Positions 9,648-19,343 of a stretch of DNA of 64,000 nucleotides are shown here, piece by piece. The first letter of the stretch is position 1. Each line of letters starts with the position of its first letter. Below the pieces are notes generated by a model. That model made no database searches and was not told where the DNA came from. It saw only the letters and a program-made list of their open reading frames with translations. Origin of the DNA: a virus (Duplodnaviria; Caudoviricetes); IMG/VR virus record IMGVR_UViG_3300034095_001474, positions 1 to 64,000 of that record; one strand, written 5' to 3'. The position numbers were made by a program, and so were the translations under genes.

Positions 9648-9977
9648 TTAATTTTTTAATAAATCATCAATCACTGATTGAAATTCACCTTTCGATTTGG
9701 CTCCTACTAATTTGGCTCCTTCAACTTCAACACCATCTTTTAAAAAGATTATTGTTGGTATGCTTCTAATACCATATTTAGCTGCAATCGTTCCATATTC
9801 GTCAACATTTACTTTACCAATTGTAACGTTTTTTTCTTTGTTGTCTTCATACAATGAATCAATAACTGGTCCTAACATTTTACATGGACCACACCATGGA
9901 GCCCAAAAATCTAATAATGTGATGTTTTTTTCTTTTAAAACTTTTTCAAAGTTCTCTGTTGTTACTTCTACTGCCAT
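9648..9977 (-). CDS. trxA: thioredoxin
   Basis: DFWAPWCGPC active site; IRSIPT cis-Pro motif. Confidence 0.95.
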   Translation of the reverse strand: MAVEVTTENFEKVLKEKNITLLDFWAPWCGPCKMLGPVIDSLYEDNKEKNVTIGKVNVDEYGTIAAKYGIRSIPTIIFLKDGVEVEGAKLVGAKSKGEFQSVIDDLLKN

Positions 9978-10036
9978 TTACTTAATTTTTAATTTTTGTT
10001 ATAGTTATAAATATAATATTCATATTTCAAAAATCA

Positions 10037-10303
10037 ATGACTGACATAATTTTAATTAATAAATTTTTAACTCGTGAGTTCCCAGATGACCACTCAGTTA
10101 TCTATATCTATGTGTGTGGTCAGAAAAGGTCGGAAAAAACAGCTATTGATAAAATCATGAATTTAACAAAACAAATTTTTTGTCCTCCTTTATCAGAATT
10201 TTTTATTTTAGAAATAGTTAAAGAATTTTTAGATGGTAAAAAAATAGCCTATAAAAAAGGTGAAATAAAAGTCAAAAGTTTTTACGATTTTATTGATGTC
10301 TAA
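10037..10303 (+). CDS. hypothetical protein
   Basis: ORF track, 88 aa. Confidence 0.5.
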   Translation: MTDIILINKFLTREFPDDHSVIYIYVCGQKRSEKTAIDKIMNLTKQIFCPPLSEFFILEIVKEFLDGKKIAYKKGEIKVKSFYDFIDV

Positions 10304-10626
10304 TTGAATGACAACGCAAAATGTTCTCTAGTAAGTAAAACTACTTTGTAAAAATTTATCACCTTTTCAATATCCGAAGCAAAATAATTAGCAATGTATT
10401 TACCACAAGTTTCATCATCAAACCCATAAATTAAAACCAAAACATCAGTAATCTTTATTATATCAGCTCTTTCATAGTTATCCAATACCCCAGTTTTTAA
10501 AGATAATCCAAGAGTTTTGCAGTAATTTATATACGTGGAAAATTGAGACTTCTTGAATAAATCAGAAGTTGTTTCGCAAATTGTCATGAAAACATAATTA
10601 TCAAATTTTACCATATTATAAAACAT
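10300..10626 (-). CDS. hypothetical protein
   Basis: ORF track, 108 aa. Confidence 0.45.
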   Translation of the reverse strand: MFYNMVKFDNYVFMTICETTSDLFKKSQFSTYINYCKTLGLSLKTGVLDNYERADIIKITDVLVLIYGFDDETCGKYIANYFASDIEKVINFYKVVLLTREHFALSFN

Positions 10627-10772
10627 TCATTAACTTTAATATACTTATATTATATACTGTTAAAAACCATGAATAAACAAATTATTATTGACGAAGAAAC
10701 AGAAGTTTTAGTAATAGAAACAACTGTAGATGAGTGGGACAACCATGTCGGTGACATTGTAATGTTTTAATT

Positions 10773-11015
10773 ATGAACCAGTTCGAAACAAATATGATGA
10801 TGAAATTTCTAGAAAGGAATTACCCAGTTTCTAGAATCAAAGATAATATGCGTTTCAAACGAGCTATAATATTAGACAACGGAATTTCTTATTTTTTAAG
10901 TGATGAACATTCACATATTCAACTAAGACTACAACTCAATCAAATCCTTAAAACAGTTTTCTACTGTGACGAACAATCCAGTAGAACTGTTTTAAAGAAT
11001 TTTTTAAATATTTGA
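10773..11015 (+). CDS. hypothetical protein
   Basis: ORF track, 80 aa. Confidence 0.55.
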   Translation: MNQFETNMMMKFLERNYPVSRIKDNMRFKRAIILDNGISYFLSDEHSHIQLRLQLNQILKTVFYCDEQSSRTVLKNFLNI

Positions 11016-11633
11016 TTACCACGTCTCAATCTTTTTAAGAGTTAATTGTGACCAATACCTACAGTTATAACCATCAATACTACCTTCCATTTCTTGTATT
11101 TGCATAACAACGGTTTTATCAGCGTAATTTAATAGTTGACCACTAAAAGGTCTAGAACTACCACCTAACATTTGTTGTGACATTCCATAAACGGGGTCTT
11201 CAACAATCGCTTTATTAAAACCCATATAACTTACGCCATAATGTTTTGTTGTGTCACTATTCAAAACAAAGTTTCCAGTACCAGGGAAATTCAAGGGTTT
11301 ATAAAATGAGTAAGTTGTTGAATCTTTAATTATCGTTTCTATATCAAACATACTGCCACCCCATCTCAAACTAGATATTATTTTGGTCGCATCAAAATGA
11401 TTATACTTTGTTTTTTTACCAGTTTCATGATTGTCAACATACATAACAGCATCAATAACCAAAAATTTACCCCACAACGTTATTTTATTTGTAGTGTCAC
11501 TATCCCATAAATAATATGAATCTGGTTTACTCTTTGGATAACCATCGCTAGGATATGGGTATTCTTTTTTACAAGATGCAAATGTAAATAAAACCGCTGC
11601 AACTATCGATAATTTTATAAATAAATTTTTCAT
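11016..11633 (-). CDS. putative lipoprotein
   Basis: MKNLFIKLSIVAAVLFTFASC signal peptide ending in a lipobox Cys. Confidence 0.65.
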   Translation of the reverse strand: MKNLFIKLSIVAAVLFTFASCKKEYPYPSDGYPKSKPDSYYLWDSDTTNKITLWGKFLVIDAVMYVDNHETGKKTKYNHFDATKIISSLRWGGSMFDIETIIKDSTTYSFYKPLNFPGTGNFVLNSDTTKHYGVSYMGFNKAIVEDPVYGMSQQMLGGSSRPFSGQLLNYADKTVVMQIQEMEGSIDGYNCRYWSQLTLKKIETW

Positions 11634-11775
11634 ACAATTTGTTTTCATACAAAGGTATCGAATTTATTTTAATAAAACAAATTTAATTTTAAAAATTTTT
11701 ATAAAGTGTAAGTAACTAATTAGATTTTATTATAAATAACATTGATTTTTTGTAATTTTTTCATTATAATTATAC

Positions 11776-12231
11776 ATGGCAAATTTAGATTTTAAAAGTG
11801 ACTTAAAACTAGGAAATGACGGTGAAATGTTTGTTGTTAGCTTCCTAGAAACTAAAGGGTTAAGATATTTATCATCAAACGATGACAACAAATACGATAT
11901 CGTAATGTGTGATAAAGATGGTATTGAATTAACTTATGAAATTAAAACAGATGTAAAATGTGCACCACTTTTTGATACTGGAAATATATTCATTGAATTT
12001 GAATCTAGAGGTAAAGATTCTGGTATAGTCGTTACTCAAGCTGATTGGTTCGTTACTTATTTCAAATACCTAAATGAAGCTTGGTTTATCAAATCTGATA
12101 AACTAAAAGAACTAATTCAAGAAAATGATTTCCCAATATTTAAAGATGCTGGTGATGTCGGAAGTGCAACTCATGGATATTTAATAAAAAGGAAAGACTT
12201 TAAAAAATATTTCTATGTGTGCAAAATCTAA
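11776..12231 (+). CDS. PD-(D/E)XK-like nuclease family protein
   Basis: GE...YD...YEIKTD...TGNIFIE pattern. Confidence 0.55.
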   Translation: MANLDFKSDLKLGNDGEMFVVSFLETKGLRYLSSNDDNKYDIVMCDKDGIELTYEIKTDVKCAPLFDTGNIFIEFESRGKDSGIVVTQADWFVTYFKYLNEAWFIKSDKLKELIQENDFPIFKDAGDVGSATHGYLIKRKDFKKYFYVCKI

Positions 12232-12847
12232 AAAAGAACTTCTTGTTGAATTAATACCAAAAACATGTCATTACTCAAATGTTAGAACAACTGTTAAACC
12301 TTCTGAATGGGATAAAATACGACATATATCGTATGAATCCGCTAATAACAAATGCGAAATATGTGGTGATACTGGCAAAAACCAAGGTTACAAACACGCT
12401 GTTGAATGCCACGAAATCTGGCACTACGATGACGAGAAACATATCCAAAAACTAATCGGTCTAATTTCACTATGCCCTCTATGTCATCTTACCAAACATA
12501 TTGGCCGAGCAATCGCTATGGGTAAAGATAAAATTTGTCACGTGCAAATGTCAAAGGTAAACAAATGGAACCAAGAACAAATCCTAGAACACATTGTGGC
12601 TTCATTTGAGCTACATAAAGAGCGTTCTAAACACGAATGGGAATTAGATATATCCATGCTTGAAAAAGAGCCTTACAACATAAAATTAAAGGTGCTTAAA
12701 AAAAGGATATTTGAGGTTAAAAAATATAAACGTAAACCCAAAAAGAAAAAAATTGCTGGTGAAACTAAAAAAGTTCATCCAAAAGCCAAACTTGCTGCTG
12801 CGTTGAAACCCAAAGCACCGACAACCAAAAGACCACCTAAAAAGTAA
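12215..12847 (+). CDS. HNH-like endonuclease
   Basis: CEICG...ECHEIW...LCPLCHLTKH; basic C-terminal tail. Confidence 0.65.
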   Translation: MCAKSKKELLVELIPKTCHYSNVRTTVKPSEWDKIRHISYESANNKCEICGDTGKNQGYKHAVECHEIWHYDDEKHIQKLIGLISLCPLCHLTKHIGRAIAMGKDKICHVQMSKVNKWNQEQILEHIVASFELHKERSKHEWELDISMLEKEPYNIKLKVLKKRIFEVKKYKRKPKKKKIAGETKKVHPKAKLAAALKPKAPTTKRPPKK

Positions 12848-13222
12848 TTATTTTTTAAGAACTCTTTTTAACAACTCCTTCATTTCATCATGTTTGTCCA
12901 ATATCGTTTTGTACATATCTGTTCTTTCACCAGTAGCTGAAGACCAAGCAATTTGACAATTGTGACATTGGTAATAACCACTTTCACCATCAAAATTATA
13001 ATCTCCATCAGAAGCTTCAATAAAAAGCAAATGACTGAATCTTCTAGGATTCTCTGGTGTCCAATTATATAATCGTTTGGCTTGCTTCAACAAATCTTCT
13101 TCAGACAAAGTAGGATGATTACTTTTTAATGTTTCCATAGCATCACCCTTGTCCCATGAAATTTTACACTCTGGACAACAACCACTTGCATTTTCTTCTG
13201 TAATCTTATAATATTCTACCAT
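12848..13222 (-). CDS. hypothetical protein with two CxxC pairs
   Basis: CPEC and CHNC. Confidence 0.55.
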   Translation of the reverse strand: MVEYYKITEENASGCCPECKISWDKGDAMETLKSNHPTLSEEDLLKQAKRLYNWTPENPRRFSHLLFIEASDGDYNFDGESGYYQCHNCQIAWSSATGERTDMYKTILDKHDEMKELLKRVLKK

Positions 13223-13688
13223 CTTTTATAATTTGTTCTTTGTTCTTTTCAACATATACTTTGCAGAAATCCAACACCGCTTCATATATTGTTTCTTTTT
13301 TAGTTTCTTCTCTGGCACCACTTCCATACTCAGCCCATGTTGCACATTCATTGAACCACATTCTATGAGTGTTCGATTCTTTGAACTTTTCAATAGTACT
13401 GAAATATCCCATTCCTTCTATACATTCAACAGCATACATAAGCAAATCCCAGTTGTCTTTGAAATTTATATCTTCGTCATCGTAACGTATACCATTGACA
13501 AAATGCCATTTATCATGTTCGTGTAAATAAAATTTCTCTTCTGAAACTGGTTTACAAAACGCTAGTATCAACTTTTGCTGCATTCTAAATTTAAAATGAG
13601 CTTCTAATTGTTCTTCAGTTCTAATAATAATTTTAGTACCTTTCATTTTATGATAAGCATCCCAATTAATAATACAGTTTATGTCCAT
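13206..13688 (-). CDS. hypothetical protein
   Basis: ORF track; start moved to MDINCII, downstream of a TATATTTG element. Confidence 0.55.
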   Translation of the reverse strand: MDINCIINWDAYHKMKGTKIIIRTEEQLEAHFKFRMQQKLILAFCKPVSEEKFYLHEHDKWHFVNGIRYDDEDINFKDNWDLLMYAVECIEGMGYFSTIEKFKESNTHRMWFNECATWAEYGSGAREETKKETIYEAVLDFCKVYVEKNKEQIIKDGRIL

Positions 13689-13775
13689 AACATTTATTTT
13701 TACAAATATACACATTAATTAAGGAAAATCAAACCTTTAACAACAAAAAAGAATATTTATATAAAAATCTAAACA

Positions 13776-15398
13776 ATGAAATTATTTTTAAACGAAAACT
13801 CTAATATAGAAAACTATTCGGTTCCATCAACAAAACAACCCATAGATGAAATCGATGATATCGCAAATAGTATTTCTGACAATATTTCAAAAGAAATAAA
13901 AATACCATCTGACGTGCTAAATAGTTTTGCTGTCAAACCAGAACTTAATAAACAAATCTGGCAAAACGATAAACTAAATTCAAACGTTAGAACAAAACTA
14001 ATTAAAATAGCTGACGATTTCTTCAAAGAACTTAACCTACCATCTGAAGTTAAAATGAAAGATATTATCTTTACTGGAAGTCTTGCAAATTTTAACTGGT
14101 CAGAATATTCTGATATAGATTTACACATCGTTCTAGACTTTAGCCAAATAGAAGCAGAAGATAAATTCAAAGAAGATTTCTTCTATGCTCAAAAAGCACT
14201 TTGGAATCAAGCACACGATATTACAGTATTCAAATATCCAGTTGAACTTTATGTTCAAGACATAAAAGCAAAGCTAGTTGCTTCTGCTGTTTATTCTGTA
14301 AAGAAAGACAAATGGGTCCTTCAAGCAAAAAGAGAAGAATTTAAAGTGAACAAAAAAGTCATCAAACAAAAAGCTGATAGATTTATCGATAACCTTAAAG
14401 ATATCAGAAACGACTATAAAGAAAACAAATTGCAATCAGTTGTCGATAAAGTACAAAAACTTAAAGATAAAATCAAAAACTATAGAACAAGCGGTCTGGA
14501 AAAAGGTGGTGAATATGCAATAGAAAATCTTGTATTCAAAACCCTTAGAAGAACTCCTTTTATGGATATCCTAGATAGCTACAAAGCCAAAGCTTATGAC
14601 AAACTTATGTCAGTGAAAGAAACTATAAAAGAATCTCTTAGACTTATTCCAGAAGCCAACGATAGATATGCAACAAAAAGAGATTATTATACAACACTTT
14701 TCAAAGTTACAAAAGCTAAACAACTTTATGGTAACGACCCTTATTTTGAAAACGTTCAAGACGGTCAATGGGTTGGTGCGGTTATTGTAAATATCTATGG
14801 TAGAGTTTCAAAGGTTTCTACTTACACAGCACCAGCTGGACAAGTTAGAGCAAACGATTTAGGTATGAGAGGTGAAAACCCACATTACATGGAATTTAAA
14901 ATAATGGCTGGTAGAGGTATCGAACACCCAGATACAACATCACCAAATATTCAACCAGCAAGAACCAGAGGTGGTTTGGGTTCAGACGAATTTGAAGAAG
15001 AAGTTGAATTTACAATGGAGTTACCACAAGGTGTTAGCCTAGAAAACGGTGCAACTTCAATATCATTCGGGTTACCTAAACCTGGCTCGCCAGCATCTGA
15101 TGCACACATAAAAGCTTACCTAATATATGGTGATTTAATACTAGACTTCGTGGAAAATAATTTAAAAGATAAAATAGGTTACGTTGATGGAAACGCTGCC
15201 GATATAGCACAACAAAAAACTGCCGATAAAAACCAATACAAATTTGGTAAACTAGATAAAGAAAAAGAAATGGCGGCAAACGTAGAAAAAGATAGAAACC
15301 TTGTTGACCCAAATAAACTTTCTGGTGAAGAATTAAGACAACAAAGACTTGCCGCAGCCGCAAAGAAAAAAGAAGAACGAACAAAAAGAGGGTTATAA
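13776..15398 (+). CDS. Pol-beta-superfamily nucleotidyltransferase with C-terminal extension
   Basis: IFTGSLANFNWSEYSDIDLHIV (GS...DxD) and VELYVQD; ATATTTATA at 13753-13761. Confidence 0.75.
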   Translation: MKLFLNENSNIENYSVPSTKQPIDEIDDIANSISDNISKEIKIPSDVLNSFAVKPELNKQIWQNDKLNSNVRTKLIKIADDFFKELNLPSEVKMKDIIFTGSLANFNWSEYSDIDLHIVLDFSQIEAEDKFKEDFFYAQKALWNQAHDITVFKYPVELYVQDIKAKLVASAVYSVKKDKWVLQAKREEFKVNKKVIKQKADRFIDNLKDIRNDYKENKLQSVVDKVQKLKDKIKNYRTSGLEKGGEYAIENLVFKTLRRTPFMDILDSYKAKAYDKLMSVKETIKESLRLIPEANDRYATKRDYYTTLFKVTKAKQLYGNDPYFENVQDGQWVGAVIVNIYGRVSKVSTYTAPAGQVRANDLGMRGENPHYMEFKIMAGRGIEHPDTTSPNIQPARTRGGLGSDEFEEEVEFTMELPQGVSLENGATSISFGLPKPGSPASDAHIKAYLIYGDLILDFVENNLKDKIGYVDGNAADIAQQKTADKNQYKFGKLDKEKEMAANVEKDRNLVDPNKLSGEELRQQRLAAAAKKKEERTKRGL

Positions 15399-15414
15399 AA
15401 CCCTCTTTTGTTTT

Positions 15415-16629
15415 TTAAAATGGTAAATCGTTATCTTGGTTTATATTCTCATACCACTCAACATCATCTTCAGTCGTGTAATCAATTATATTGGAATTGA
15501 ATACATCTAATAATAACTGAACTTCATCTCTTAATTCGTTGGATGCATATGCATTGTTATACCCCATAAACTGATTTATTGTTAATCTTTTCTTTAAATC
15601 TTCATTCTCAGATTTAAATACATAAGTTCTTGTATGTCTTAAATCCAATGTATGACCTTTATATCTGTAAATGGCACACGCACCACTATTTACAGATGAT
15701 GAATAAGTTCCAACACAATGATGCATCGTTTTACCTTCAGCAATCAATTCATGGTTGGTTTTTAATAATTCAAACCCACTGAATTTAGCAAAATCTTTAT
15801 ATACTTTTTTTATGTTCAAATAGTTAATTTCCTCAAACTCTAAGATAATTTTTACAATCTCTTTTGAATACAAGTCATGTTCTTGCTTTAATCGATTTAA
15901 ACCCCAAGAACAATTTACCTTTTTACCCAAACTAGATGCCATCTTTGTTGTATCAATAAAATAAGGTGATTTTAAAAATTCTGGTTTTAAATTCTCAATA
16001 TTCAATAATACTTTTTTCTGCTCCTTCCAAACTTTTACAAAATCCCATGGACTATAATCACCACGATTATCTGATAACATCTTCGCCACTGGATAAGGAC
16101 ACTTATAAACATGTTTTAAAATCTCCCTTTCATTGTATAATTTGTGTCTGATTATAGTGGCAAAAGACAACGAACCACCATTCGCACTCTCAATTATGTT
16201 TCTTAACCATCCGAATTTCTTCAACAAAAACTCATAAACCACATCATTAGTATTAGGACAATAACCATTTAAAATGTTCATAGTTAAAACTTTAACCCTT
16301 TTCATTCCATCAATAAAATAAAAAGATTTAGTTTTGTGTTTATAAGATATGGCCCAATTGTTAGATTCTCTGCTATAAAAAACAGCATTTACTGACATAC
16401 CAAACTTTCTGGCTAATGATACTATTCTAAAATCACCGTTGGGATATTCAAACAAACATAGTCTGCTTTCCATATAAACATGGTTGGTTTTATTGTTATC
16501 AAAAATAACTTTGGCTTTTTGTCTATCTTGTTCGTAAATCTCTCTTAATTTAGCGATACTATCACTTTTAGTTTCATTAAGCACCGTTAATTTACATTCT
16601 TCTTTAACTTCTGTTTTCTTTTTTGTCAT
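15415..16629 (-). CDS. PcfJ-like domain protein
   Basis: ELIAEGKTMHHCVGTY. Confidence 0.65.
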   Translation of the reverse strand: MTKKKTEVKEECKLTVLNETKSDSIAKLREIYEQDRQKAKVIFDNNKTNHVYMESRLCLFEYPNGDFRIVSLARKFGMSVNAVFYSRESNNWAISYKHKTKSFYFIDGMKRVKVLTMNILNGYCPNTNDVVYEFLLKKFGWLRNIIESANGGSLSFATIIRHKLYNEREILKHVYKCPYPVAKMLSDNRGDYSPWDFVKVWKEQKKVLLNIENLKPEFLKSPYFIDTTKMASSLGKKVNCSWGLNRLKQEHDLYSKEIVKIILEFEEINYLNIKKVYKDFAKFSGFELLKTNHELIAEGKTMHHCVGTYSSSVNSGACAIYRYKGHTLDLRHTRTYVFKSENEDLKKRLTINQFMGYNNAYASNELRDEVQLLLDVFNSNIIDYTTEDDVEWYENINQDNDLPF

Positions 16630-16690
16630 AACATTTTTAGTTTAATAAGACAAAATTAGTAATAATTTTCCAATCTACCAAATTTTTTGA

Positions 16691-17329
16691 TTAAAAAATT
16701 GTAACAATGCTAGATTTTCTTAATAAATTGTACGCATCAATTATAATTTTACCCTCATGTAATGTAGGAATATGGTTAAACTCACTAATTTCTGTAACCA
16801 TAACAGACATTTTAAAACCATTTTTTACACTAGGAATAAGACACGACTGAATATAACCCTCCAAATAACGAGAATCGCCCCAATTCATATTATGGTCATG
16901 AGGCGGTCCCTCATTGTATAACCACCCAAACATTTCTGGTGTTACAACAACCTTTTCAACACTCGACTCAATAAAAGACTCTTGGTTTTCGTTTGATACA
17001 ACCCACATGTTTAAATCATCATCCAATTTTAATTCAGAACATTCATATATGTTTCCCTCATGATAAAACTTATCATGATAATCCAAAACATCATCAGATA
17101 CTAGAACTGGTAATAATGGATATAATTCACATGCATGTAAAGGTTTCTCTAAACCATAAACAGTATACATTAAACCAAAAGGTTCAAGTATTACTGATTC
17201 TATCCAATAAAAATCGTTTGCAGTAATTGGTGGTTTATCCACCAAAGCAACACTTGAACCAACACGAAGCCTAACATCTTTGTCTATAATGAATCTTAAT
17301 CCGTATTCTTTTATTTCTATTTGTTCCAT
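16691..17329 (-). CDS. hypothetical protein
   Basis: ORF track, 212 aa. Confidence 0.6.
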   Translation of the reverse strand: MEQIEIKEYGLRFIIDKDVRLRVGSSVALVDKPPITANDFYWIESVILEPFGLMYTVYGLEKPLHACELYPLLPVLVSDDVLDYHDKFYHEGNIYECSELKLDDDLNMWVVSNENQESFIESSVEKVVVTPEMFGWLYNEGPPHDHNMNWGDSRYLEGYIQSCLIPSVKNGFKMSVMVTEISEFNHIPTLHEGKIIIDAYNLLRKSSIVTIF

Positions 17330-17367
17330 ATCTAAATTTTTATAATAAAATCATGTTACAAAAATAC

Positions 17368-17847
17368 TTATTTATTTTTATTATTGCAACTTTTTTCTAT
17401 TTTTATTCTATACCATATCAAATTCAAATGATATATACATAAAACATAAATACCCCATGTCTCAAACCAAAACAACCCAAAACAAAACCAAATAAATATC
17501 GACATAAAATATAAGGGAACATAGTGTTTTAATCTTCTTATATGAGATAAAGGATAAACACATGATAAAAAGAAAATACCAGCAATAATGTTATGAAATA
17601 TAGGTGTGAAATCTACAGAAAAAGCCGTAAGCATAAGAAGTAAAATAGCTGGTATCCTCCATTTGTTAATTCCAAAAAAGAAAAAACTAGTCATCGCATT
17701 TGTTATTATATAAAGAGGTTGAAGAATAGTTTGCCAAGAAGATGAAATAGAAGGTATGTCAAAACCACATACCCATAAAATTATTACGGGTTGCAACATT
17801 GCCATAATGACAACTATTAATCGCAAGTATAAATCTTTGTTTACCAT
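17368..17847 (-). CDS. multi-pass membrane protein
   Basis: several hydrophobic segments. Confidence 0.65.
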   Translation of the reverse strand: MVNKDLYLRLIVVIMAMLQPVIILWVCGFDIPSISSSWQTILQPLYIITNAMTSFFFFGINKWRIPAILLLMLTAFSVDFTPIFHNIIAGIFFLSCVYPLSHIRRLKHYVPLYFMSIFIWFCFGLFWFETWGIYVLCIYHLNLIWYRIKIEKSCNNKNK

Positions 17848-17909
17848 AAAACGCTTACATATATTAATAAATATCTATCAATACATGCAAGCGTTAAATT
17901 TAATGATTC

Positions 17910-19274
17910 TTATTTTATAAGTCTTTTTCGTAATTGTGTGACAATAAATTCTCTTAATCTTTTTGATTCATACATTCCTTCCTCATCATCGTCACCCATC
18001 ATCTCACCTTGCATTAACATATCTCTGACATAATCTTTGTTGCTATGATTATAAACCAATAAATCTTCACCTTCTCCATCTAACATATCGATTAAACCAT
18101 CACGCTTTAACAACGCATCAATCAAATCATCTTTTCTATCTGTTGCGTTTATCATTCTCTCAAGTGTATCAGTTAAATAACCTTTGTATTTATTCATAGT
18201 AACCAAAAATGTAGGATTCTTCAATATAGCACCAATTACCATATTTTTGTTTTCAACCATATTGAAGAAATTAGCAAAACCATTAGGTATTAATTTATTT
18301 ACAAATGAATCATACTTGAATAAATTTGCAATTAATTTTGCTTTGTTTTGTGTAGGTGTGTATTCCAATATATTAGGAACACTCATAATCGTTGGATTCT
18401 TGCCAATGATTTCAGCAGCAACATCTGGGTCCAATTCACCCAATTGGAAATTTGTGTTAGGTAAATAACCAGTATTGGTTTTTAACCTCTCAATTCCACC
18501 CCAATCTTTTATCAACCATACCAAATAAGGGTGATACTTTGAAATTGGTTTTTTATTATTTAACCCTTTTATTTGAACAGAAAATTTTCCTTGAGGGTCC
18601 CAATCTACTGTAATGAATTCAGAACTATCTTTTACCAACCTAAGTAAATACATACTAGTATTTGTAGCTGTTGCACAATGACCCATACTCTCTCTCGATT
18701 TAGGACATGTATTGGATTTTCTTAATACCCACATGAAACCATCAGCAAATGTATGTATAATCTCATCTTTCTCATCCAACAAATCCTCAACACTACCACC
18801 AGCCGTCAATGATTGATGCCACTCATCAGCCATCGCCACCGCTTCATCCCATGATTTGTTTTGTAAAAAACCTTGACCATGTTGTGCTTGAACTGGTGAT
18901 GCTGGGTCATTCAACCACGCCTCTATATAATTATACTTACCAACCAAATCCATCGCTTGGTCCAAACTTAATGATTTGACATCAATTTGAGGTCTATTTT
19001 GTTTCTTTATCAAAGACAAAATATCTTGATAGTCACTAGTAAAACTAGGGTAATAATCTTCAAGACTAACCCTATTGTCTGGACTAACCCCATTCATTTC
19101 ATTATTATATTTATCTTTCAACGATTTAACTATCCAAATAGACATCTTGTCAGATAAATTATGAGCCCAATTTGCTACGTCTTCAGAAACACCTTCTTTA
19201 TCAATTAATATACGTCTATTATCCTTTTCTGATAACAATACTTCTAGTATTTTTTTCTTTAATCTATGTTCCAT
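17910..19274 (-). CDS. hypothetical protein with PcfJ-like segment and KKILE leader
   Basis: WDEAVAMADEWH and ESMGHC; ATATTTATA upstream (19289-19297). Confidence 0.6.
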   Translation of the reverse strand: MEHRLKKKILEVLLSEKDNRRILIDKEGVSEDVANWAHNLSDKMSIWIVKSLKDKYNNEMNGVSPDNRVSLEDYYPSFTSDYQDILSLIKKQNRPQIDVKSLSLDQAMDLVGKYNYIEAWLNDPASPVQAQHGQGFLQNKSWDEAVAMADEWHQSLTAGGSVEDLLDEKDEIIHTFADGFMWVLRKSNTCPKSRESMGHCATATNTSMYLLRLVKDSSEFITVDWDPQGKFSVQIKGLNNKKPISKYHPYLVWLIKDWGGIERLKTNTGYLPNTNFQLGELDPDVAAEIIGKNPTIMSVPNILEYTPTQNKAKLIANLFKYDSFVNKLIPNGFANFFNMVENKNMVIGAILKNPTFLVTMNKYKGYLTDTLERMINATDRKDDLIDALLKRDGLIDMLDGEGEDLLVYNHSNKDYVRDMLMQGEMMGDDDEEGMYESKRLREFIVTQLRKRLIK

Positions 19275-19343
19275 ATTTTAGATTTACTTATAAATATAAT
19301 GTTTTTTTGTCAAAATATCATATTTATAATTAAATACTTAACT

